Shown here piece by piece: positions 54,171 through 64,000 of a DNA stretch of 64,000 nucleotides. The stretch's first letter is position 1. Each line of letters begins with the position of its first letter. Both the position numbers and the translations under genes were made by a program. The notes below the pieces were generated by a model. The model was given only the letters and a program-made list of their open reading frames with translations. It was not told the DNA's origin and ran no database searches. Source of the DNA: the human T2T-CHM13v2.0 reference genome, Homo sapiens; assembly GCF_009914755.1 (NCBI RefSeq), contig NC_060940.1; one strand, 5' to 3'.

Positions 54171-55419
54171 CACATTATATTTTAACCCAACACTTTATTA
54201 TTCCAATTAAATGTTCTTAGTGTTGCCCAAGTGGACTGTGATCTACTTGAGGTCATGGTCTGGGTCTTATCCAATGTCGTACCCAAAAATGTCTACTATA
54301 TAACAAATATTTGACACATGATAAGAAAAAGGAGTTGGTGATTTAATAAATAAATAAAATGTAAGGATGATTTTACACATTTTATATTTCTTACCATTTT
54401 CCCATTTGAAGTACATTTTCCAGAAGTCAAGAAATATCCTTATGTCCACTGAGATAAAAGATTTTAGTAAAGCAGCTCTGTCTAATCATTCAGTCAAACA
54501 TGAGCCTCAATGCTAAGATCATCATCAATTTTTGGAAAGACTATTTTGGACTATGTGAAATTTTAAGAAGTACCTAACCTGGAGACATAATCAAGTCCAG
54601 TGGTTCTCGAACCAGCTGCCTATTGGAGTCATCTGGCAATGAGAGTGGTTACCATCTAACCAACTGGCATATACATTCACTGTAAGCCTACTATGTAGCA
54701 TGGACTAAGAAATTTACTGTATTGTATAAGTTAACAGAGGAATTTCTCATTGTATAAACTCAGAAGTTCATTGTGTTCTGAGCTCTGAATATAACCTCTC
54801 CTCCTTTTTCTTACTTATCACGCATCATTCCACAGACTCATCCTAAAAACTGCAAATCACTCTCTTTGCAAAAGTTGGGGCAAACCCCATCACTATAAAA
54901 TACTGTATTTTCTATTTTTTTCCTAATTGAGTATATCTCATCTCCTTATGGTAAGCCTATTCATTATGCCTTTTAATAAAGACCAAGAAAGAGAATAATA
55001 ACTTTTTAAATTGACTTTTTCAATTACCATTTGGCATGCATGTTTTCATGCTGTTGTTTTGAGGATAAAAATGTTGATAGTGGAAATATATTATTGATTC
55101 CTGCCTGTTCTTCAGGCTCATGCACTATTGATTAAAGCCCTTCACAGCCTCAACCTTTGCTCCTGCATCCCAAGAGAGCAAATTTGTAGAGCTCCCAAGA
55201 ACTAAAACTCTGGCTTGGAGATTTTGATATTTGGTGAGCCAGGAAGACTGGAGAAGATTAGAAAGTTCTTATCAGTAAATATGAGAGGCCTCAGTTGGGA
55301 GATGGAAGGAGAGCAGATTGAGCTGATGGTAAGGTCTTGGATACTAATGCAGTTAACTCCAGTTCAAAGATTGCCATTTTTTTTTCCTGCATGCATTTCT
55401 GTATATGGCTCTGGAGTGG

Positions 55420-55810
55420 TGGTGTGGATGCACAACTTAGCCCTCTCTGTTGCAAGTGGCAGAAACTCCACTCCAGCCAGCATAGGCAAAGCAATGGGGG
55501 CTTTCTTAGCTTAAGTGACTAGGGATAGCAGAGGTAGAGTAATTGGCTTTAGGGACAACTGGATCTGGAAATTTGAAGACACTTATCACTCTTCATTTTC
55601 TCCTTTCTTCTGTATTTTGATTTCACTTTCCATTTGAAATACATTTTCCAAAAACAGGTAGGCTTCTCCTAGTGGGCATTCTTCTTTCACAAGACTTTTA
55701 GATTCAATCCCTTCCTCTTCTTTCTTGTAATTGTATCCCTCACTCAAATCCCCAGGACCTCATGACTTATTGATTACATGAGCTTTTAAATTGGTGGCTT
55801 TGGGCCCAAT
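55420..55810 (-). mobile_element. Old MaLR LTR fragment (MLT1J/K-like)
   Basis: gttgcaagtggcagaaactccactcca...ggctttagggacaactggatctgg. Confidence 0.6.
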
Positions 55811-56419
55811 TTCTTCCCCTTGCAAGATCACGTAGAAAGAACAATGCGAGGCTCAAGTTCTGGCATTGCTCACTAGTAGCTCTGAACTACTAAGAACCAT
55901 TTAACCTCAGTGAGTTTTAGTTCTCCTCTCTGTCTTTGTCCACTTTATATGGCTCAGATGAGGATCAAATGGGAACACGTGTGTTGTAGACAGTACGTGG
56001 TGATGAAAACAAGGTGACTTTCTCACCCCTCCCAACAACTAGCCTGGATATTAGAAAAGAGTCAGCAAACCATGAAATTAATACACAATGGGTCAGGGTT
56101 AAGATAGAAAAAACAAATGAGCTCAAGTTCCTAGGCTGAGAGAGACTTAGTTGTAGTTGTTCATAGCTAAAGACAATGTGGTCTATAAAAAGAAGCACTG
56201 GTCAGGAAGAAACATGTGAAATAAAGAGTGTCCGAGAGATAATAAATTGTAGCACTGCTAATTCAGGGTAGAGTGTGTCTTTGTTGATGGACTTTGAGTA
56301 TTAGGGCCCTGTGGGAAGGCTCTTATGGTGTGCAAATGGATGCAGTCAGTCTATCAGAGCCTGATCCCGTTACACATGGGGAATAATCCAATGGACCCAT
56401 CCATGCTTGTTAATACTCA

Positions 56420-56800
56420 GTCCTGGTGAGGCTGAGATACAAGGAGTCTCACTTTCATGGGTAGCTGGTATGCAAGCACTGGTACATCTTTTCTGGAGGG
56501 ACAATTTGCAGTGTGTATCAAGAGACTTGAAATGTTCATGCTTATGACCCAATGATGCCACTGCTGGGAATATGGTCACAAATGGGTGATACAGTTTTAT
56601 ATAGGGAATATTAATCACAGGGTCATTTGTAATAGCAAAAGGTTGACCATAGGGGAATAAGTAAATTTTTTGACCATAGGAGAATGAGTAAATTTTTTGG
56701 CCATAGGGGAATGAGTAAATTCATCATGGGGCCATCGTAAGAACAAATAATATTAATTTGGAGGATACAAAATGGCATGAGGAAATACTCATAAGTTACA
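56420..56800 (+). mobile_element. Old L1M 3' fragment containing a 27-bp x3 tandem repeat (56643-56721)
   Basis: tatgacccaatgatgccactgctgggaatat; unit ttgaccataggggaatgagtaaatttt. Confidence 0.75.
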
Positions 56801-57298
56801 TCATCTAAAGATACCTTGCATAATTTTCGTCTAAAAACCCAAGTAGCCGTAATGTCAAGTGAGTAGGAGTAAGATATAGTACTTTGATATAATGTGATCC
56901 AAGATTTAATAGGTGACTTTCACTGCGGGTATTTAAACTGTTTGGTTCTGAAGATGACCCTCACCCAGGGCCAGATGCAGTGTGTTTGTGGACGTGTGTA
57001 TGTGTAAAAATGGAAGGAAACAATAACTTATAAAAGTGAGTCAGATGTTTCCTGTTTTCTCGCCTTATGATCTCAGGCAGATTATCTAACAATACTGAGT
57101 CTCTGCTTTTTGTGTTTTAAATCTAAAATAGGGCTAGTAATACCTTCTCTCCAAGGTATCTAAGAATGGAATGAAATCGTGTATTTTTGAGTAACACAGT
57201 CCTTACAGATGTGGGTTCTGGAGTCAGACTATCTGGGTTGAAATTCTACCCCCACCACTTATTAGCCGTGGGATCTTAGAGAGGTGACATCACTTCTC

Positions 57299-58080
57299 TG
57301 TGGTGGATTGCTGCAGTAATGGCCTCAATACATCCAGACTTCTCTCTGCCCACACTCCTGGAAAGTACTTTTCTGCAATGTCTATGGAATGAGTCATGTG
57401 ACTTGCTTTGCCAATGGGACAATGGCAAATGTGATGCAATGGAGACTGGAGAGGTGCTGTGCACTTGTCCCCTTGCTGCTTTGGGACCCTACTGCCATGT
57501 GAAGAAGCTCAGGTGAGCTGGCTGGAGGTGGAGAGAGACAGGTGTCTTGTCCTTGAGCCAACAGCCTATCCACAAGCTGAACACAGTTGCATGAGAGAGC
57601 CTGACTGAGATCAGCTGAGCTGGCCCCAGATCAGGAAAAACCCTCAATGGATTCACAGAATCATGAGTTAAATAAATGCTTGATTCTTTAAAATGTTATT
57701 TTAATTGACAAAAAGTAATTGTATATATTTATGGGGTATAATGTGATATTTTGATATGTGTATACATTATGGAATACTTAAGCTAATTAACATATCCACC
57801 ACCTCATACTTATCCATTTTTTTTGTGGTGAGAACATTTTAAATCTACTCTTTTCACAATTTTGAAATATACAATACATTATTATTAACTATAGTCACCA
57901 TGTTGTGCAATAGATCTTTAAAACGTATTCCTCCTGTCTAACTGAAATTTGTGCCCTTAGAGAGAGGAACAGTGATTGCCAGAGGCTAGGAGGCTGGGGT
58001 GGGAAATGGGGAAATGCTTGATTTGTTTTGAGCCACTATAGTCTGGGGGTGTTTGTTACTCGGAATAGATAACTGATACA
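57299..58080 (+). mobile_element. MaLR LTR (MLT1H-like) inside a MIR, split by an L1
   Basis: tgtggtggattg...catgtgacttgctttgccaatggga ... atagataactgataca. Confidence 0.85.
57686..58011 (-). mobile_element. L1MA 3' end with an inverted 5' segment (57959-58011)
   Basis: Exact 12-bp TSD aaatgcttgatt (57674-57685, 58012-58023). Confidence 0.9.
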
Positions 58081-58326
58081 CTGTCTATGCCCCATTTTTT
58101 CTCATATAAAAAATGGCACCTACTCTACAAGATCGCTGTTAGAGTTAAATGAGATAGTATGTGCACAGTACCTAGAAGAGGGCTGACACATGGTGCATAA
58201 AATATTCTACCATGGCATGAAGCACGTAGTGTTTGGGGTGTTTAGTAGGCACTCAATGAGTGTTAATTATTTCCCTCTTCTCTAGAATGTGCTCATTGAT
58301 GAATTGAACAGAAGTTCCAGTTAACG

Positions 58327-58420
58327 AGGAGGTGGAGGTTGCAGTGATCCAAGATCACTCCATTGTACTCATGTCTAAGCAATAAGCGTGAAACTCCGTC
58401 TCAAAAAAAAAAAAAAAAAA
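58327..58420 (+). mobile_element. 5'-truncated Alu right-arm fragment
   Basis: ggaggttgcagtga...aaactccgtctc plus poly-A; TSD aagttccagttaa/aagttcaagttaa. Confidence 0.9.
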
Positions 58421-59139
58421 GTTCAAGTTAAATCACAGACTGATTTTCTACTAAGAGAAATCCATGGGATTTCCACCAACTATGTTTAACTCAATCTGAA
58501 AGTGTCCCTCGTCTTCTGGCAAGACCCTTGAATCAAGCTGTTGAAGAGACTCTGGTGTGATCAATGCCCACCCAGCTCTTTCTGATCCCACCCTCAGAGA
58601 CAGCTGAATGATTTGTGTACAATCACTTTGAACATCTGGGCAGGAGGACTCTGAGATGCACAAGGGGACATGTTTGTCTTTTTCTAAAAGCTAAGTTGTT
58701 CTGGGAGGGCATTGACAATGAGCAAGAAAGATATTTTTCAACAACAGAAGATAAGGCAAGATACCTATCTCAAGTTTAGGGGTAGTTGATAGGCAAGATG
58801 CACAGTTCTCTTTGTCTGAGCATGTCTTGGTGTAGGCAGAGGGAAAGAATGACCACTGAGAAGACCTGACAGATGCGTAACTACTTGGCTAGCACACAAG
58901 GGAAAATTTACAACATCTTCTGTTTATTTGGTGGTTGTAAAATCCCCCGTTTCAGTGATTTAGAGTCACTGTTTTGCCGAGAGGTTCTTTTTTCCAGTCA
59001 GGTATGATGAAGTCTCCCAAGGAAAAAAAGATTGTTCATAAACCTGGCCTACAAAGGGCGGTGTGAGGAAGAGGACAAAAGCCACCGTCCTCCCTCATGA
59101 AAGATGGTCTCTGATCAAATTCAGCTGGACAGCTGGGAG

Positions 59140-59410
59140 GGCAAAGAGCCTGGAGGTTAAGAGCATTTTCTTCGAAGTCTGCCAAATCTGCATTGGAGGG
59201 CTGGCTCTGCCCTTCACTGGCTTTATGACCTTGGGCGAATTATTTAACAATTCTAAGCCTTAGTCTCCACCTTTGTAGAGTGGGGAAAGCAGTCATTTCA
59301 GTCAACCTGGATGTTGTGAAGACGAAATAAGATAAAAAATGAGAAGTGTTTAGCATGGCTCCTAACAAAGAGTTAGTGCTCAATAAATGACATCTAATGC
59401 TATTGCTATT
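59140..59410 (+). mobile_element. MIR SINE
   Basis: tgaccttgggcgaattatttaac...aagccttagtctcc. Confidence 0.85.
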
Positions 59411-59500
59411 ATATCAAACAACTATTGCTTGTCTATGGTATACCAGCCCTGTGCTAGACATTGAGGGATGAAAAACAGAAATAAGGTGCAACATTTGTCT

Positions 59501-59721
59501 TAGGAGGTTGGCAAACTTTCTATAAAGGGTCAGAGAGCAAATATTGTAGGCTTTGTGTACCCAAAGTTTTCTGTTACAACTACTTCACTCTGCCATTGCA
59601 GGAGAAAAGCAGCCTTAAACAATAAAGAAATGAGCATGGCTGTATTTCAGTAAAACTTGATTTATAAAAGCAGGTGGTAGGCTAGATTTGTCCTGTTCAC
59701 TGTAGTTTGTGTCAACCCCTG
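59501..59721 (+). mobile_element. MER58A hAT MITE
   Basis: ggttggcaaactttctataaagggtcaga ... tagtttgtgtcaacccctg. Confidence 0.88.
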
Positions 59722-59739
59722 TCCTAGCGAATTGCACAG

Positions 59740-60155
59740 TTGGGAGTGTCTCTGGCTATACCTCATGGAAAATCTTACTACATGAAGTCTTGATAGGCAG
59801 ATACTGGTGTTGGTTCGGTGGACCAAAGATGTCAACCAGCATTTTCATGGTTCTCTCTGTATTTCTTTCATGCTTGTCAACCTAATCACATCCACGTTAA
59901 AGGTAAGAAGAAGGAGAGAAGGGGTAGGGCCAATGGAGGAATACTGTTTTGTTAAGAGAGAAAAGACTTTCTTGAGACCTCTTTGTAGATTTCTGCTTGT
60001 GCCTCAGTAGCTGAGCTGTGTTATGTGGTCACTCCTAGCTGCAATGGAAGCTGCGGGGGAGAACATTTGTCATCTGTGTCGTTTATAGTGTAAATGAGCA
60101 GAAAAGAAGGGGATGAGAATGAGTGCTAGGTCAGATAACCATAGTATCTGTCACA
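59740..60155 (-). mobile_element. Old MaLR LTR (MLT1J-like)
   Basis: tgtgttatgtggtcactcctagctgcaatggaagctg. Confidence 0.7.
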
Positions 60156-60405
60156 CCATTAAGTAATGTTACACTATTGAAAGAGACACACATGGAGAAT
60201 TACAATACAGAGTGCTAAATAATTTCATATACACCCACAAATGTAATAGGGACTGAAAAGGGAAAATTTAATTCCCTGTTAGAGTTCAGAATATCATTAC
60301 AATGCATTCATTATTAAGGCTATTTGAGCATGGAAATGCAGGTGTGTAAATACAGACTAACACACTTGACAAGCAAAATGAATCATAGAAAGATTTGAGA
60401 ATTAT

Positions 60406-60884
60406 CATGGTGGATCAATTACTGCTTAAAAGTATCCACTCTCTCCCTCCCACCTTCATGCTCGCTGCTCACTAGACTGATGGGACCAATGTTGAGTTTG
60501 ACCATGTGGCTTGCTGACATCATGATAGGCTATGTGCACTTTTCTGCTTCTTGACTTTGGACTCAGCATGTGGCTTGGCCAATGAGATCGTAGCCGTAAT
60601 GATGTAAGCAGAGAAGCTTGAAATGCATTTGGAAGAGGCGCTTCCTTTCAGTCACTGCTGGACCTTCCACTTGGGCTCCAGAATGGACACACCTGGAGCA
60701 GATTTGCACCAAACCTACAGTGAGCAGCCAAGCCCAGCTGGTCCCAGGCTGGAATACAAGCTGCTCGGCTGAGCTTAGCTAACTCCCATCCAACCTAACA
60801 GAAACATGAGTGAGAATAAATGATTGTTATTTTAAATTACTGAGTTCAGGATGGCTTGTTACACAGCAATAGCTAACTGATACA
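60406..60884 (+). mobile_element. MaLR LTR (MLT1H/I-like)
   Basis: gagtgagaataaatgattgttattttaa...ttgttacacagcaatagctaactgataca. Confidence 0.85.
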
Positions 60885-61419
60885 AACACATACTGTAAAA
60901 GTGCATGTGTTCAAAACCCACAAATTCAGAACCTATGTTGACAGGATGGGTTATTCATTTTTAAATAAAATATGATAAATTTCAACACAATGTAGTATGT
61001 TTAAAAATGCAAGTGAAGACAAAATATGGAGCTATAATAAGGGAGAGGACTATTGATTCTATGGAGGAAGGGAGGAAGAACTAGCAGGGACATAAGGCTT
61101 CTTGGAGGAGAGGAGCATCTGAATTGCCATTTTAAAGTTCAGTAGAAGATCACCGACAGAGAGAAATAGGGAGAGAGTGGGAACAGAAGGATTAATATTA
61201 TGTACAGTTTCGAGGCAAAAAGGGGCACACTAAATGTGGGGAACCATTAGCAATTCAATATTACCAGAAGGTTAGTGGTGAGGGACAATGTGTCTAAAAT
61301 CTCTTGAGAGGGTCTGCTATGCGAGGCCAAGGCACTTTTCTTTTGCCTAACCATAAGGACAATGGAGAGCAATGTAGATCACTGGCATGTTTTAATGTAT
61401 TCAAATTAGTAATAATTCT

Positions 61420-61655
61420 ATTGGTAACAGCTAACATTTATTGAGTGCTTACTAGGTGCAAAACACTGGGTCACGTATATGTATTCTTCACAACACTAAA
61501 AGACAGGTATTATTATTATTCCCATTTAACAGATGAGGAAACTGAGGCCTAGAGAGGTAAAACAACTTGTCCAAAGTCACAGAGTAACTGTCAGAGTGAG
61601 GATTTGACCAAAACTGCTCAACTCCGGATTCTTCCTCCCCAACCACTGCTGTTCC
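61420..61655 (-). mobile_element. Well-preserved MIR SINE (an L2 fragment precedes it at about 60970-61400)
   Basis: cccatttaacagatgaggaaactgaggcctagagagg. Confidence 0.9.
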
Positions 61656-62905
61656 TGATTCTCTATATAGCAGATTGAGGAGTTGGCCAAGTCACTCAGG
61701 AAATTATTCAACAAACATATTGGAACGCATATTCCTAATGTTACAATTTCAACATACTTTATAGACTCTTGTTACATGGAAGTCACTGCGCCAGTCAATG
61801 AAGACTTCAAGTATGAAGAGGACTTGATCTTTGCCGTTAAGAAATTTGAGTGACAGAAAATCAATGCTTAGTGCCAACAACTTTTGTCTGTTCATTAAAG
61901 TAGGTTCTATGAGGCAGTGGCTCTATGAGGCAGTGGCTCCTGAGCTTGGCTCTGGGTCAAAGTACCTGAGTAACGGAGTTAAAAAAATTTTTTTTAATAC
62001 AAAGCTTCCAGGTACCATCCCAGATCAACTGGAAAAAGATCTCTAGGGTGGGGATCTTGGAAACCCCTCTCCCTTCCTCTCTCCTGTTCTTTCTCTCTCT
62101 TTCTTTGCACTTCCTAGGTCATTCCATAGTCTCTGTGAAAGTGATATTATCCCTGTTGGTCCTCCTCAGACTCTCCAAGATATGCAGAGCTTTGGGCCAG
62201 GATCCTACAGCCACGGGTCATGCAGAGCCAGTTGGCCACATCCTTTGGGGTGAGTGATGCCTAGAAGCTAATTATAATTCCAAAAGGTCTCCACTGAATT
62301 CTAAGAACTGCCCATCTGTACCCTCTTTCCTGGACTTTATTTCTTTGAAGACATCCACTTGCCTTAGGCCACTGTAAAATTTACGTTGTAACCTTCAGTG
62401 TAATACTCTTCCCAGACTCATCTGTGGCATCTTCAGCCATTTCGAGTCAAAAGTGTTCACCAGAGGAGCGATAGTGGCAGAAGTTACATCTACAGTGAAA
62501 TGAACAAATAGACTGAGCTGTACTCAAATTGAGGTTTACCAAAGCTTGTTGGCCAATGGAGAACCAGCTCTCTCTGGAAGGGAGTGAGAGATAGTCACTC
62601 TGCCATTCTCTGGTTGAACATAGAGAGGGGAAAAAAATCACTTGTGCACACTTTCTGTTCAGGACTATAGTGGGCGTGAAAGTATATTCTTTTTTTAATA
62701 CTGAAACATTTCTGGTGTAAGAAGCTTTGTAATCAATCAGTATTGTCTAAGATAGTTCTAAATGAGGCAAGTCAGTCCATAAAAATAAATTGTGTTTTCT
62801 TAAGAACGGTCTTAACTCACCTGTCAGTTTAGATAAACCTCTGCTCAAAAAGTTGAAGTTGAGAAAATTTTCCTGTTATTTTACCAGCTTTGTGATTGTA
62901 GATAC

Positions 62906-63792
62906 TGTAGTGGGCTGACTGGGGTTCCCCTGCTCCCCTTCCAAATATGTCCATGAGCTAATTCCTTGAATCTGGAACCCCTGAATAGGACTTTATTTGA
63001 AAAAAAGTGTCTTTGCAGATGTCGTGCAATTCAGGATTGTGAGAGGGAGTTTATTCTGCATCCTAGACCATTTTGTGATGATATAACAGAATACTTGAGA
63101 CTGGGTAATTTATAAGGAATAGAGATTTATTTCTTACAGTTCTCAGACTTCTCAAAGTCCGAAGTTGAGAGGCCCACATCTGCTGAGGTTATTTTTGCTG
63201 TGTTATCCCATGGCAAAAAGAAGAAGAGCAAGAGAGTATGAGAGACAGACAGAGAGAGAAAGGAAAGAGAACTGAACTCATCCTTTTTATTAGGAACCCA
63301 CTTTCTTGATAATAACTAACTCACTCTTGTGATAATTGCATTAATTCATCCATGAGGACAGAGCCCTCATAAACTCATCATCTCTTAAACGTCCTCTTTC
63401 TCAACACTGCTGCATTGGGGATTGAGTTTCCAACACATGAACTTTGGGGGACATGTTCAAACCATAGTATCCTGAATTTTCTGGGTGGTACCTAAATCTA
63501 ATAATCGGTGTCCTTGTAAGAGTGAGGCAGAGGGAGATTAGACACACAGAAAGAGATCATGTGACCACGGAGGCAGAGATTGGAGTAATGTAGCCACAAG
63601 CCAAGGAACTCTGACGGCTTCCAGAAGCCAGAAAAGGTAAAGAATGGATTATTCCCTAGAGCCCCTGGAGGAAGTGTGGCCTTGCCAACACCTCAATTCT
63701 GGCTTCCAGGACTATGAGGAGACAAATTTCCTGTTGTTTTAAGCCACCCAGTCTGTAGTAATGTGTTATAGTCGTCGCAAAAGACAAATAGA
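62906..63792 (+). mobile_element. MaLR LTR (MLT1C-like), split by an MST LTR
   Basis: ggaggcagagattggagtaatgtagccacaagccaagg. Confidence 0.88.
63059..63469 (-). mobile_element. MaLR LTR (MSTB/C-like)
   Basis: agaatacttgagactgggtaatttataag ... gggggacatgttcaaaccatag; TSD ttctg/tcctg. Confidence 0.88.
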
Positions 63793-64000
63793 AGAACTAA
63801 AGTTTTTCTCTCATGTACAGACCAGAAAGGGCTGATTTTAGACAAATAAAGCATGTTTGGGAAATCTTGGCGGGGAGTGGGGACCCACCTGTGGGGGTGA
63901 TCAGTGCTTGTTGGCTAGGGTTCTGAGCCTCAATGGCTGGAGTGGGCCCCCACGTGGGGTGCAGGCTCAGTAGCTCTTCTGGGCTCCCCCTTTTTTGTAG

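Overview
Primate (most likely human) genomic DNA of intronic or intergenic character. It is dominated by interspersed repeats: about 17 Alu/FLAM copies (J, S and Y types), many MIR and L2 relics, L1M/L1MA/L1P fragments, MaLR, ERVL and ERV1 LTRs, and hAT and mariner MITEs. No protein-coding gene, RNA gene or CRISPR array can be supported; the ORFs examined come from repeats or have no coding signature. Repeat families were recognised by eye from remembered consensus sequences, so subfamily names and some boundaries are approximate. I found no convincing previously undescribed biological system. The best leads are: (1) a CpG-retaining unique block at about 37.4-37.6 kb with two RFX X-box-like motifs, a CRE half-site and a possible exon; (2) a 56-bp x6 minisatellite grown from a MER103-like transposon that multimerises PBX/MEIS-type motifs; (3) an apparent ancient local duplication of a MER63A+MIR cassette; (4) a twin-primed L1 and an L1 with a short 3' transduction; (5) an ERV1 3' LTR with its polypurine tract and env remnant; (6) a strong CTCF motif and several candidate conserved non-coding blocks.
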